This document shows, one piece after another, positions 20,495 to 31,081 of a stretch of 58,313 nucleotides of DNA. The DNA lies in contig DAITFD010000001.1 in NCBI GenBank assembly GCA_036839005.1, forward strand, positions 23,766-82,078. Direction: 5' to 3'. This DNA comes from Chitinophagaceae bacterium (GTDB taxonomy: Bacteria > Bacteroidota > Bacteroidia > Chitinophagales > Chitinophagaceae). A program made the translations under genes and the position numbers. Numbering within the stretch: the first letter of the stretch is position 1; every line of letters begins with the position of its first letter. The notes beneath the pieces are model-generated. The model worked only from the letters and a program-made list of their open reading frames with translations, was not told where the DNA came from and made no database searches.

Positions 20495-20815
20495 ATGAAA
20501 CAGGAAAATCATTCATCGGTTGAACGGGCGATGCAAAGTGTAGAAGGCATCCGGAGGGCACAGGCTCCCGGTTATCTGTATGCGAAGATTTTATCGGGAG
20601 TGTACCGCCGGCAAACTCAAACCGTGTGGGAGCGCATATCCGCGTTCATAGCCCGTCCTGCTGTAACACTGGCCTGTATTGTGCTGGTGGTGGCCGTGAA
20701 TGCGATCATCATTTTTAATGGCAGTTCAAAGCCGGCAGCCAACGTAATTGCTTCTGCTGAATCAGTTGATTTCTACTCCTATGATATTTATAACGCAGAA
20801 AATCTGGAGCCATGA
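20495..20815 (+). CDS. Putative single-TM anti-sigma factor
   Basis: Follows the ECF sigma directly; one TM helix. Confidence 0.6.
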   Translation: MKQENHSSVERAMQSVEGIRRAQAPGYLYAKILSGVYRRQTQTVWERISAFIARPAVTLACIVLVVAVNAIIIFNGSSKPAANVIASAESVDFYSYDIYNAENLEP

Positions 20816-21273
20816 AGAGAAGTAAAATGTTGATTCTAATCATTGTGGTATTGCTGATTGCCAATATTGCTACACTGATGATGTTATACAACGCAGGTAA
20901 AAAACCATCTCAGCGTCAGGGGGGCAGGATGAAGGAATATCTGAAACAGGAGGTGGGCTTTGATCAGGCTCAGATGTTGCGGTACGACAGTATGTACCAG
21001 TTGCATCAGCAGGCGATGAAGAATCTGATGAAAGACTCACGCAAAGGCATAAACGAAGCGTATCAGCAATTGGCCGAAAACGGATTTACCGACAGTGCCC
21101 TTGATCAGGCAGCACAAACATTATCTGTAAAACAGCAGCAGGCCCAGAAAATGATGCTGAAGCACCTGGGTGATATCCGGGCTGTTTGCAATGAACAGCA
21201 GGTTCAACACTACGACAGTACCATCTACAAAGTGTTTCAGAAGCGTTCCAGAAAAGGAAGTCAGAAAAATTAA
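20812..21273 (+). CDS. Spy/CpxP-like periplasmic helical protein (heavy-metal sensor type)
   Basis: N-terminal anchor LLIANIATL; helical Gln/Met-rich body with H...IR..C..EQQ; third gene of the ECF operon. Confidence 0.65.
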   Translation: MKRSKMLILIIVVLLIANIATLMMLYNAGKKPSQRQGGRMKEYLKQEVGFDQAQMLRYDSMYQLHQQAMKNLMKDSRKGINEAYQQLAENGFTDSALDQAAQTLSVKQQQAQKMMLKHLGDIRAVCNEQQVQHYDSTIYKVFQKRSRKGSQKN

Positions 21274-21920
21274 CGCAACGAATCCAACACCATTTGAATG
21301 CGCTGTGCCAGTGTGTCGTAATCGGTATAGCCCCGAGCCACCATGTGAAATTTCAACTCCGAGGTTTGAAAGAACACGGTAGGGTAACCCGTAACCTGAA
21401 GTTGTTTTACCAGTGCAAAATCGTAATAGGCAGCTTCTTTAAATGCTTCACTGTGTAGTTTCTCATAAAAATGATCTGCGGATATTCCATACGCATCCAG
21501 CATGTGACGGTAAGCCTCATCATCCGTTAAATCTCTTCCTTCAAAATGCAATGCATACTGCAGGCCGGTGGCAAATTCCAATGCCCGTTCAGGATATAAT
21601 GATTTTATGATGCACAGTGCAATGGCCGCTTTCTCGGAATTCGGGAACCAGTCACTGTCGTCGGGATTTAGGATATGCCAGAGGTAATCTTGTCCAAACC
21701 GTATGCCCGTTGTTTCCTCCACCTGTTTATAGGCGTTGGCAATATAGCCGGCTGAGGATTTGATGTGTACCGGTTTTTCGGGTAATATCATACCACCACT
21801 CAGTACTTCTACATCAAGTACGTTTGAAAAATCAGCCGCTATCTTTTGTATTACCGGGCTAAAACCATAACACCACCCGCAATAGGCATCAAAACAATAA
21901 ATCAATAGTGGTTTTGTCAT
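21270..21920 (-). CDS. DsbA family protein (thioredoxin fold)
   Basis: DAYCGWCYGF (CxxC) and V.GYPT cis-Pro motif; start placed at MTKPLL. Confidence 0.88.
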   Translation of the reverse strand: MTKPLLIYCFDAYCGWCYGFSPVIQKIAADFSNVLDVEVLSGGMILPEKPVHIKSSAGYIANAYKQVEETTGIRFGQDYLWHILNPDDSDWFPNSEKAAIALCIIKSLYPERALEFATGLQYALHFEGRDLTDDEAYRHMLDAYGISADHFYEKLHSEAFKEAAYYDFALVKQLQVTGYPTVFFQTSELKFHMVARGYTDYDTLAQRIQMVLDSLR

Positions 21921-21935
21921 GATGCAAAGGTCATA

Positions 21936-21969
21936 AAAAAAACGCCGTTCCATTACGAAACAGCGTTTT
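21936..21969 (-). terminator. Probable intrinsic terminator after the DUF1579 gene
   Basis: Imperfect stem AAAACGCCGTT...AACAGCGTTTT with an A-run, which is the U-tract on the minus strand. Confidence 0.5.
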
Positions 21970-21988
21970 AAATACAGGAGGTTACAGG

Positions 21989-22633
21989 TTATTTGCGTCT
22001 GGAAACAATTTCCATATTCTTAAACTCTTTCCCGTCTGCACCCATGCTAAACATTTCAAATTTTTGTGTTTTATCGTCGATGAGGGTAATTACCTGACGA
22101 TAATCAGTCATGCGTCCATCACCATAAGAAGGATCAACCATTTTGCCTTTCAGGTTAATGGTTTTTGTGGCTTCATCCCAGGGGCCTTCCAATACGGAGA
22201 TACCTGTACCGAAATTATCAATCCAGGTATTGATGAACACCTTACGCTGGTTGTCCCAGGCCATGGTGCTCAATCCCTCAAAGTCCATACCCATCATGTT
22301 GCCACGGTGTGTGGCCGTGCTGTACCGGCCGCCCATGAGCGATTTGATTTCAGAATTTGTAACATGCATTTCAGGGGGGGCTCCCGGGGCCATCCACATA
22401 GTCATACTGTCAACCCATTTACCTTCCCATGAGGCCATCAAGGCATGCATATCGCCGGGCGTCATGTAAGCTTGCCAGTTTTGCATTTTAACGGAATCAG
22501 GAAGGTCTTTTACTTCCGGGGTTTCCACTGCAGCCGGAGCAGGCGTTTCTGCCACGGGTGTTTCAGTTTTTTTTTCAGCGCAACTGCATAACCATACAGT
22601 AGCGGCAATCAGGGGGATACATATTGGTTTCAT
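21989..22633 (-). CDS. DUF1579 family lipoprotein
   Basis: Lipobox-like LCSC; YMTPG..H, G.MMGM.FEG, WIDNFGTG. Confidence 0.82.
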   Translation of the reverse strand: MKPICIPLIAATVWLCSCAEKKTETPVAETPAPAAVETPEVKDLPDSVKMQNWQAYMTPGDMHALMASWEGKWVDSMTMWMAPGAPPEMHVTNSEIKSLMGGRYSTATHRGNMMGMDFEGLSTMAWDNQRKVFINTWIDNFGTGISVLEGPWDEATKTINLKGKMVDPSYGDGRMTDYRQVITLIDDKTQKFEMFSMGADGKEFKNMEIVSRRK

Positions 22634-22755
22634 TGTTGAAGGTTTAAGCATTAAAAATATGCTATAAATATTTAATATAAAAAAATATTACAGCAGCAGC
22701 TGAACAGATGGATTGTTCAGAGCAAAGTGATCATTTTTCTCCTTGAAGTAAATGG

Positions 22756-25557
22756 TTAATGGGCTTCCAGCCAGTTCTTACCGTAGCCGGTTTCTGACAC
22801 TACGGGCACTCCGTTGGGCAGTTCAAGGGCATTTTCCATACAGGAGGTGATGAGGGGTTTCACCAAATCCAGTTCATCGGTGGGTACATCAAATACCAGT
22901 TCATCATGTACTTGAAGGAGCATGCGGGTTTTTAGATTTTTTTGTTTGAGTTCCCGGTGGATACGGATCATGGCCAGCTTAATCATATCGGCTGCGGTAC
23001 CCTGTATCGGAGAGTTAATAGCATTGCGTTCAGCAAATCCCCGTACGGTAAAATTGCTGCTTTGGATATCTTTCAACCAGCGCTTACGGCCCATAATCGT
23101 TTGTACGTAACCGTTATCCTTACAGAACTGAATGATATCATCCATATATTTTTGAATACCGGCAAACTGTGCCTTGTAATTATCGATGATGGTTTTGGCT
23201 TCTGCACGGGGTATTTTCAGGTTTTCCGCCAGGCCAAAGGCACCCTGTCCGTATATAATTCCAAAATTCACACTCTTGGCCTTATACCTCATTTCTTTGG
23301 TAACCGCTGATTCATCCACGCCGAAAACCTTTGCAGCAGTAGCGGTATGGATATCTTTTCCTTCGCGGAAGGCGGCACACATGTTTTCATCGCCACTGAT
23401 GGCAGCCACAATGCGCAATTCAATCTGAGAGTAATCTGCAGAAAGCAACACGTAATTTTTGTTGCGCGGGATGAACGCTTTTCTGATTTCCTTTCCCCGA
23501 TCGGTGCGTACCGGAATGTTTTGCAGGTTGGGGTTTACGCTGCTCAGTCTGCCCGTAACCGCAATGGCCTGAGCGTAGGAAGTATGTACTCGCTGAGTTA
23601 CAGGATGCAATAATAACGGTAACGCATCCACGTAGGTAGAGCGCAGCTTGGTGAGTTCACGAAACTGAAGAATGCTGCTGCAGATAGGATGTTCATCTGC
23701 CAGCTTCAATAAAATATCTTCACCCGTAGCGTATTGCCCCGTCTTGGTTTTTTTGGCTTTGGGGTCGAGCTTCATTTTTTCGAACAGCACTTCTCCCAGT
23801 TGTTTCGGAGAGGCCAGGTTGAAATGAACACCGGCGAGTTTATACACTTCCTGTTCTGCGGCACGGGCTTCTTTTTCCAGTTCTTTAGAATAGGCGTGCA
23901 GAAAATCAACATCAATATGTATGCCTTCAAATTCCATATCGGCAAGTACCTTCACCAATGGATTATCCACTTCTTCAAATACGCGTTCAACCGATTTTTC
24001 TTTGAGCAACGGTTCCAGTTGTTTTTTAAGTTGCAGGGTGATATCTGCATCTTCAACGGCATATTCTTTGATGCGTTCAGTATCCACATCGCGCATGTTG
24101 CCCTGTCCCTTCCCTTTTTTACCAATGAGTGTTTCAATGGAAACCGGTGAATATCCCAGCAGTTGCTCACTCATCATATCCATATTGTGCTTTCCGTCGG
24201 GTTCTATTACGTAATGCGCCAGCATGGTATCAAAAGTGTTGCCCGCAATATCAAATCCTTGCCATTTCAGGATCAGCAAATCGTACTTAATGTTTTGTCC
24301 TACCCAGGTAATGTGTTTCGCATCCCAAAGTGGTTGCAGGGTTTTTAGTATTTCTAGGGTTTTGTGTTTGTCGGGCGGACAGGCAATATACCAGCCTTCA
24401 CCGGGATGGATGGAAAAGCTGATGCCTACCAGTTCGGCTGTGTGCGCATCGAGTCCTGTGGTTTCGGTATCAAAACTTATTTCACGTGCTTTCAGTAGTT
24501 TTTCAGTGAGTTGCTGAATCCCCGAAATATCTTTCAGCAGATGATACTGATGAGGGGTGTTGTCGATATTTTTTCCGGCTAACGGTAAGGGGTGTACGCT
24601 TTTATCCTCTATCGGCGCAGCCGTGGCTGATACCGACCCAAACAAATCCATCTGTCCGCTTACCTGACGGGGAGCTACGGCAATTTCTTCACCCAGCAAC
24701 CGCTTGCCGAGGGTTTTAAATTCAAGTTCGGTAAAAATATTGAGCAGTTTTTCCTTGTCGAGCGGAGTAACTTCAAAAGAAGATTCATGAAATTCAACCG
24801 GTACGTTTACAATGATGGTAGCCAGTTTTTTGCTCATCACGGCGAGGTCTTTACCGTTTCTAACTTTTTCACCTACGGCTCCTTTTATATGCTGCGCATT
24901 TTCAAGCACGTTTTCAACGGTCCCGTATTCTTTAATCAGTTTAGAGGCTGTTTTTTCACCCACGCCGGGAATACCGGGGATGTTATCCACTGCATCGCCC
25001 ATCAGTCCGAGGATATCTATCACCTGAGATACGCTTTGAATATCCCATTTTTTACAAACCTCATCCGGACCTAAAATTTCTGCGGCACCACCTTGTGTTC
25101 CCGGTTTATAAATTTTTATTTTATCGGTTACGAGCTGGCCATAATCTTTATCGGGAGTAACCATGTACACATCATATCCGGCGGCTTCCGCTTTTTGAGC
25201 GAGGGTGCCGATGATATCATCTGCCTCAAAACCGTTGGCTTCAATTACCGGGATGTTGAATCCTTCAATGATTTTTTTTATATCCGGAATGGCGAGTACC
25301 AGGTCTTCGGGTGCTTCCTGACGGTTGGCTTTGTAATCTGCAAAATCGGTGTGTCTTTCCGTGAGTTCCTTGGTATCAAAACATACCGCCATGTGTGTAG
25401 GTTGCTGGTTGTTCAGCAAATCGAGCAGGGTATTGGTAAAACCAAACTGAGCGTTGGTGTTTTTTCCGGTACTGGTAACGCGCGGACTGCGGATGAGGGC
25501 GTAATAGGCACGAAAAATCAATGCCATGGCATCCAGCAGAAATAATTTCTTTTGCAT
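22756..25557 (-). CDS. polA: DNA polymerase I
   Basis: 5'-3' exonuclease (LLDAMALIFRAYY, YKANR, EADD), 3'-5' exonuclease FDTETTG, polymerase motifs ADYSQIELR, KSVNFGIIYG, QVHDEL. Confidence 0.98.
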   Translation of the reverse strand: MQKKLFLLDAMALIFRAYYALIRSPRVTSTGKNTNAQFGFTNTLLDLLNNQQPTHMAVCFDTKELTERHTDFADYKANRQEAPEDLVLAIPDIKKIIEGFNIPVIEANGFEADDIIGTLAQKAEAAGYDVYMVTPDKDYGQLVTDKIKIYKPGTQGGAAEILGPDEVCKKWDIQSVSQVIDILGLMGDAVDNIPGIPGVGEKTASKLIKEYGTVENVLENAQHIKGAVGEKVRNGKDLAVMSKKLATIIVNVPVEFHESSFEVTPLDKEKLLNIFTELEFKTLGKRLLGEEIAVAPRQVSGQMDLFGSVSATAAPIEDKSVHPLPLAGKNIDNTPHQYHLLKDISGIQQLTEKLLKAREISFDTETTGLDAHTAELVGISFSIHPGEGWYIACPPDKHKTLEILKTLQPLWDAKHITWVGQNIKYDLLILKWQGFDIAGNTFDTMLAHYVIEPDGKHNMDMMSEQLLGYSPVSIETLIGKKGKGQGNMRDVDTERIKEYAVEDADITLQLKKQLEPLLKEKSVERVFEEVDNPLVKVLADMEFEGIHIDVDFLHAYSKELEKEARAAEQEVYKLAGVHFNLASPKQLGEVLFEKMKLDPKAKKTKTGQYATGEDILLKLADEHPICSSILQFRELTKLRSTYVDALPLLLHPVTQRVHTSYAQAIAVTGRLSSVNPNLQNIPVRTDRGKEIRKAFIPRNKNYVLLSADYSQIELRIVAAISGDENMCAAFREGKDIHTATAAKVFGVDESAVTKEMRYKAKSVNFGIIYGQGAFGLAENLKIPRAEAKTIIDNYKAQFAGIQKYMDDIIQFCKDNGYVQTIMGRKRWLKDIQSSNFTVRGFAERNAINSPIQGTAADMIKLAMIRIHRELKQKNLKTRMLLQVHDELVFDVPTDELDLVKPLITSCMENALELPNGVPVVSETGYGKNWLEAH

Positions 25558-25596
25558 CCCTAAAAGTAAATAAATATCGCGAGGCGAGCGGCTGTA

Positions 25597-26328
25597 TTAA
25601 AAGTGGTGTTCAAGATACAATGGTAACATGGCTCTCCAGGTGGGCCAGTCGTGCTTCCATTCCGGCCCCCAGATATCCAGTGTATGCGGAATGGCTTTGG
25701 CATTCAATATGCCTGAAAATCTGCGAGAGGCTTCCGGATCTTCATAATCACCGCTGCCGGTTAATATATGAATGTGGCGGCTTTTACGGATGTGCTGCAG
25801 GTACCAGTCGTTCGTAAGGTTAGGAATATAATGTGCCGGTGAATTGATGTACACCTGGTCATCAAAGAATCCTTTGGAGTATTCGGTTAAATCGTATACT
25901 CCACTCATAGCAATCACTCCGTTGATGATGTCGGGCCGCTTGAGAAAAAGGTTCATACTGTGTAACGCGCCGAACGATGCGCCGCAGGTAATGATTTCCG
26001 TGTCGGGCGACGTGTTGTTGCGAATAAAGGGAACTACTTCATTAAACACATACTCGTTGAACTGATTGTGCCGTATGGCTTTGTGTTCACCGGCCATGTT
26101 GTTATTGAGCCAGCTCTCGTTGTTGATGCTGTTGATGGAATATACTTTAACCTTGCCACCGTCTATATAGGGCTTGAGTGATTCCATCAGCTGAAAACGC
26201 TCGTATTCCAGATAATCTGCAGCGGCTGTAGGAACCAATAACAATGCAAAACCGTAATGTCCGTACGATACTATAGGCATTTCGCATCCCAGTGCGGGGC
26301 TATACCATTGTGTAGTTTCTTTATTCAT
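25597..26328 (-). CDS. Putative esterase (alpha/beta hydrolase)
   Basis: GASFG nucleophile elbow, SGVYD, HDWPTW; start placed at MNKETTQWYSP. Confidence 0.85.
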   Translation of the reverse strand: MNKETTQWYSPALGCEMPIVSYGHYGFALLLVPTAAADYLEYERFQLMESLKPYIDGGKVKVYSINSINNESWLNNNMAGEHKAIRHNQFNEYVFNEVVPFIRNNTSPDTEIITCGASFGALHSMNLFLKRPDIINGVIAMSGVYDLTEYSKGFFDDQVYINSPAHYIPNLTNDWYLQHIRKSRHIHILTGSGDYEDPEASRRFSGILNAKAIPHTLDIWGPEWKHDWPTWRAMLPLYLEHHF

Positions 26329-26472
26329 ACCATGTGTTGAAGGATAAATATAATGAACCTCAGTCAAAAAAATGGAATAAAATTCCTCCGATACAAACTC
26401 TTCAAAGAAAAAAAATCAATGTACACCCGGGGAATTTTTTTCAAGGGAAAAGATTGTATTTCTTTCGCTGTA

Positions 26473-28521
26473 TTATTCTGCGGCAGATGATTTTTTAAAA
26501 TCCTGCAGGAGTTCTTTCAGGGCAAACATCCGGTCGCGCAGACGTGCCGCCTCCATGAAGTCGAGGTCTTTAGCGGCTTTATCCATTTGTTTTTTCACCT
26601 CTTTAATGGCTTTTTCCAGTTGAGGAACTGTTTGATATTGGGTAGTGTCTTCGGCTGCGGTAGCGGGTTGTCCGGGATCGGCCGCATACGGACTTTGAGG
26701 GTCGTATCCTTTTATGTCCAGCACACTTCCCTGTGCGAATACCTGTTCCAGGGTTTTGCGGATGGTTTGCGGCGTTATATTGTGTTCAATATTGTAGGCA
26801 ATTTGTTTTTCTCTCCTCCGGTTTGTTTCATCGATGGTTTTTTGCATGCTGGCGGTTATTTTATCCGCATAAAATATAACCAGTCCGTTTACATTACGGG
26901 CAGCCCTACCCGCAGTTTGCGTAAGACTTTTATCATTTCTTAAAAAACCTTCTTTGTCGGCATCCATGATAGCTACCAGCGATACTTCCGGCAGGTCTAA
27001 TCCTTCTCTTAATAAATTCACCCCCACGAGTACATCAATTTCACCGAGGCGAAGCTGACGCAGTATTTCCACACGATCCAGCGCACTCACTTCACTGTGG
27101 ATGTATTTCGATTTTACCTGAATGCGTTGCAGGTATTTATCCATCTCTTCCGCCATCCGTTTGGTGAGGGTGGTTACCAGTACACGGTCGCCCTTACTCA
27201 CTCGTTTATCAATTTCGTGCAGCAGGTCATCAATCTGATTCAGGGATGGGCGCACTTCAATTGGCGGATCGAGCAGGCCGGTGGGCCGCACTACCTGTTC
27301 TACTACCACGCCTCCGGTGCGTTCCAGCTCCATATCGCCGGGTGTGGCAGAAACGTATATCACCTGATGGATGAGGTTTTCAAACTCTTGAAAATTTTGC
27401 GGGCGGTTATCCATTGCCGATGGCAGGCGGAATCCGTATTCCACCAGTGTGAGTTTGCGGCTGCGGTCGCCACCATACATGCCACTGATTTGCGGGAGTG
27501 TAACATGGCTTTCATCTATCACACACAGAAAATCTTTGGGGAAATAATCAATCAGGCAGAAGGGACGTTCACCGGGTTTGCGACGGTCAAAAAAGCGGGA
27601 GTAGTTTTCAATGCCGTTACAGTATCCCAGTTCACGAATCATTTCAATATCGTGGTTCACGCGTTCACTCAGCCGCTGGGCTTCGATGTACTTCCCGGTT
27701 TGTTTAAAATACTCCACCTGTGCTGCACACTCATCCTGAATTTCATGAATAACCTGAGTGAGCATTTCTTTAGGGGCGAGGTACAGGTTGGCCGGAAAGA
27801 TAGCCGCGTTCTCCACCTTGCCTATTCTTTTGCCGGAAACGATGTCAAGGGTTTCTATGCTTTCAATTTCATCTCCGAAAAAACTGATGCGGTATCCAAA
27901 ATCCACATAAGGCAGGTTGATGTCTATGGTATCCCCTTTCACCCGGAAGGTGCCTCTGCCAAAATCACCTTCACTGCGATGGTACAGGGCATTCACCAGT
28001 GCGTGCAGAAAACCCTGCCGTGAGCGTACTTCACCGGTATGTATGCGGATGATACCGTTCGCATATTCGGTAGGGTTACCCATACCATAAATACAACTCA
28101 CACTTGCCACAATAATTATATCGCGCCGGCCGCTGAGCAGATGTGCAGTAGCCTGTAATCTGAGTTTATCGAGCTCTTCATTGATGCTGAGGTCTTTTTC
28201 AATATAGGTATTGCTCGTGGGGATGTAAGCCTCGGGTTGATAGTAATCGTAGTACGAAACAAAGTACCCGACTGCATTTTCGGGAAAGAATTGTTTAAAC
28301 TCACCATACAACTGAGCCACCAGGGTTTTGTTGTGGGTGATCACCAGCGTGGGCCGCTGTACATGTTGAATTACATTGGCTATGGTGAAGGTTTTTCCGC
28401 TACCGGTTACGCCCAGCAGGGTTTGGTAACGCTCGCCCTCCTGCAATCCTTCCGTGAGTTGCTGAATGGCCGAGGGTTGATCTCCTGCAGGTTGATATGG
28501 TGCTTGTAACTGAAATGGCAT
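26473..28521 (-). CDS. uvrB: Excinuclease ABC subunit B
   Basis: GVTGSGKT, FVSYYDYYQPEAY, DESH, NLLREGLDLPEV, GRAARN, C-terminal UVR domain. Confidence 0.98.
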   Translation of the reverse strand: MPFQLQAPYQPAGDQPSAIQQLTEGLQEGERYQTLLGVTGSGKTFTIANVIQHVQRPTLVITHNKTLVAQLYGEFKQFFPENAVGYFVSYYDYYQPEAYIPTSNTYIEKDLSINEELDKLRLQATAHLLSGRRDIIIVASVSCIYGMGNPTEYANGIIRIHTGEVRSRQGFLHALVNALYHRSEGDFGRGTFRVKGDTIDINLPYVDFGYRISFFGDEIESIETLDIVSGKRIGKVENAAIFPANLYLAPKEMLTQVIHEIQDECAAQVEYFKQTGKYIEAQRLSERVNHDIEMIRELGYCNGIENYSRFFDRRKPGERPFCLIDYFPKDFLCVIDESHVTLPQISGMYGGDRSRKLTLVEYGFRLPSAMDNRPQNFQEFENLIHQVIYVSATPGDMELERTGGVVVEQVVRPTGLLDPPIEVRPSLNQIDDLLHEIDKRVSKGDRVLVTTLTKRMAEEMDKYLQRIQVKSKYIHSEVSALDRVEILRQLRLGEIDVLVGVNLLREGLDLPEVSLVAIMDADKEGFLRNDKSLTQTAGRAARNVNGLVIFYADKITASMQKTIDETNRRREKQIAYNIEHNITPQTIRKTLEQVFAQGSVLDIKGYDPQSPYAADPGQPATAAEDTTQYQTVPQLEKAIKEVKKQMDKAAKDLDFMEAARLRDRMFALKELLQDFKKSSAAE

Positions 28522-28674
28522 AGGAGAGAAAAGAATGTAAAGTTACTTAATTTATCTGCCGGATGAGGGTGAACAATGGGGTAAAACCTTTGTATCTTCC
28601 GTGCTTATATTTGTACCCCCTGAAATTGCTTACCACTGTAAACTGCCATTATCCCATCAATAACCGGGCAGAAC

Positions 28675-30825
28675 ATGGATCTTAAACAACAGGCCGATAA
28701 AAGAATTGAGGCAGCGAATGCCACCAACCGGGATCAGCTGGCATCCATTGTGCGGCAGGCCGACCCCGCACTGTATAATCAGATCAACCTGGGCGAACCG
28801 GAGCGCAAGGAGTATTTTTATGTGCACCATCAGTCCATAACGGTAACGCGTACCCCATATTTATATTTTATCCCGGCACGCCCGGAACTTAAAAGTGCGC
28901 TACTTGAATGGAAGCAAAGCACGTCTGATACGGAAATGGAAATGGTACAGGCAGATTTGAGCCAGTTTGTGAAAGCAGCGGAAGCCCTCGGTTTAACCCG
29001 TTTCAGAAACGCGGCTTATGATGATGATCCTACAGTGTTTGAGCAACTGCCTGTGGAAATGTACAACAACCAGGTTGCCCATCATCAGCCCGATTATGTA
29101 ATTGCCAATGAAAGCAACATAGCCGACTGCAAAATCTGCAACGGAAACCGCTATGTGCCCTGCGATTTTCCTCCTTGTGGCGGACAACACATTTATGATT
29201 GCGATACATGCCAGGGAACCGGCAAGGTATCCTGCGAAGAATGTAAAGGGTTCAGGGAAGTGGATTGCAGGGTGTGCTCAGGCACCGGACGCTGTCAGTG
29301 TACGGCCTGTAAAGGCAAAGGCAGAAACACCTGTTTAATGTGCGACGGGAAGGGGTCCGTAGAGCGTGCCGGACAACCACCGGTTACCTGTAACGGATGT
29401 TCCGGATCAGGATATGTTGTTTGTACTTCCTGCGAACAGGGAAAAATACATTGCATCAATTGCGGCGGCGACGGAAAAGTGGGATGCGACCATTGCAGGG
29501 CAACGGGGGCGGTTACCTGCAGCCATTGTATGGGACATAAAAAACTTACCTGTACCCACTGTTATGGAGATAACACCGATAACCGTTACGGAAAAATTGA
29601 TTGTAAAGACTGTGCAGCCACGGGTGGCATCATTACCTTGGCGTTTGTGGAAACAAAAATAACGGTACAGAATACACGAAGACTGGCATGGAAGGGGGCG
29701 CATGCATTTGAAGAGGATATTACACTGAAAAGGCTGGAAGGGTATGTACAGGCAGATTCACCCCTGCAGGTAGTGTACAACAAAGTGAACCTGGTGCAGC
29801 CCTTTGAACGATATGATGTACATAGCCGTGCGCTAAGCCACATGATACTGGAGCAGGATGCCATCAGTAAAAAAACATATCCGCTGCTGATACAGGAAGC
29901 CCTCTATTACGAACCGGTACCGGTTGCCACTTTTTCCTATCAGCATTTAACCAGTGGAGAAACGCATCATGTATCGGTGTTGAACTATGATCAGCATCCC
30001 GAGGTGATTTATCACAGCGTACCATCCGCCACCTCGTTGGGAGGGGTATCGAAACGCCGAGGATATGGCTACTTTATTGGAAAGGCATTCAATACAAAAT
30101 CGTACCGGAATCAAACTGATAACATCAACGAACTGCGCCTGCTGATTTGTCTGGCACGCGCGAACGACCATATTTCAGATCGCGAGAAAGCGGCATTACA
30201 GCAATATATGGATGCGTTTAAAGCTCTGCATCCCACAGACCGGCAAAATCTGGAAGGATATATGTCGCAGAAGAATTTGCCTGTATTACCCTTGAGTGCA
30301 TTGCGTTTCAGTTCTCCCGATCGTGCAGATGAGGCCATATCAAAACTGCAGCGCTTCATACCACAGGGAATGCAAAATGAGGCGGAAAAAAAATGCATGG
30401 AAGAACTGATGGTGCAGGTGGAAGCAGCAAAACAAAAACCTGTGCATCCGGTACGGCAGTTTTTTGAAACCTGGCAGGTGAGTTTACCAATGGTTGCCCT
30501 GATGATGTTCCTGATATTTTTCAGTTACCTCTTTCTCAATAAAATTCCTGAACAGCGTGCCCATGTACTGCATGAAGAGTTAAACCAGAAAGTGCATACC
30601 ATTCGCTGGAAGATGGAACATCAGGATACTGCCGGACTGCGGCAACAGATTCAGCAGCTGGAGCATTATTCGGTATTGCCATTGCCTGATTCGCCCGCTG
30701 TGCCTTATGCACAACACTGGCAGCACGTAAAAGCATGGCACCTGCATCAACTCGATTCATTGGAAAACAAGATGAAACCCAAGGCAAAACCCAAGGTGAA
30801 ACCGAAGAGTAAGAAGAAGAAATAA
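28675..30825 (+). CDS. Membrane protein with ~14 DnaJ-type CXXC(XGXG) zinc-finger repeats and a TerB-like segment
   Basis: Repeats such as CDTCQGTG, CRVCSGTG, CTACKGKG, CNGCSGSG; LICLARANDHISDREK (TerB-like); one TM; Lys/Pro tail; no J-domain HPD. Confidence 0.75.
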   Translation: MDLKQQADKRIEAANATNRDQLASIVRQADPALYNQINLGEPERKEYFYVHHQSITVTRTPYLYFIPARPELKSALLEWKQSTSDTEMEMVQADLSQFVKAAEALGLTRFRNAAYDDDPTVFEQLPVEMYNNQVAHHQPDYVIANESNIADCKICNGNRYVPCDFPPCGGQHIYDCDTCQGTGKVSCEECKGFREVDCRVCSGTGRCQCTACKGKGRNTCLMCDGKGSVERAGQPPVTCNGCSGSGYVVCTSCEQGKIHCINCGGDGKVGCDHCRATGAVTCSHCMGHKKLTCTHCYGDNTDNRYGKIDCKDCAATGGIITLAFVETKITVQNTRRLAWKGAHAFEEDITLKRLEGYVQADSPLQVVYNKVNLVQPFERYDVHSRALSHMILEQDAISKKTYPLLIQEALYYEPVPVATFSYQHLTSGETHHVSVLNYDQHPEVIYHSVPSATSLGGVSKRRGYGYFIGKAFNTKSYRNQTDNINELRLLICLARANDHISDREKAALQQYMDAFKALHPTDRQNLEGYMSQKNLPVLPLSALRFSSPDRADEAISKLQRFIPQGMQNEAEKKCMEELMVQVEAAKQKPVHPVRQFFETWQVSLPMVALMMFLIFFSYLFLNKIPEQRAHVLHEELNQKVHTIRWKMEHQDTAGLRQQIQQLEHYSVLPLPDSPAVPYAQHWQHVKAWHLHQLDSLENKMKPKAKPKVKPKSKKKK

Positions 30826-31036
30826 AGGGATGTATGCTGCCTGTTTTTAAATGCGGGTAAGTGCTACGTCCTGTACGAAGGCGATTTTTTTTTTCGTTTC
30901 TTTTATCCCTCATCTCACACATATACACCCACAACATCAACACGTTACACCAAAATCTCATCTAAATTCACTCCAACCCATGCTTTCCGTGAGTTGGAAA
31001 TTAACAGAAACCTATCGTTATTTCTTAAAAAACACC

Positions 31037-31066
31037 TTGTAGAAAGGCTAAGAAACCGTACCTTTG
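31037..31066 (+). promoter_or_regulatory. typA promoter (TTG-N19-TACCTTTG)
   Basis: Matches the Bacteroidota -33/-7 consensus and spacing. Confidence 0.7.
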
Positions 31067-31081
31067 CGCACTTAATTTTAT

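Noticed and set aside
27097..28023. 308-aa plus-strand ORF and similar long antisense ORFs (13399-14043, 34941-35504, 57174-57788)
   Set aside because: They are shadows of well-conserved genes on the opposite strand and have no recognisable motifs
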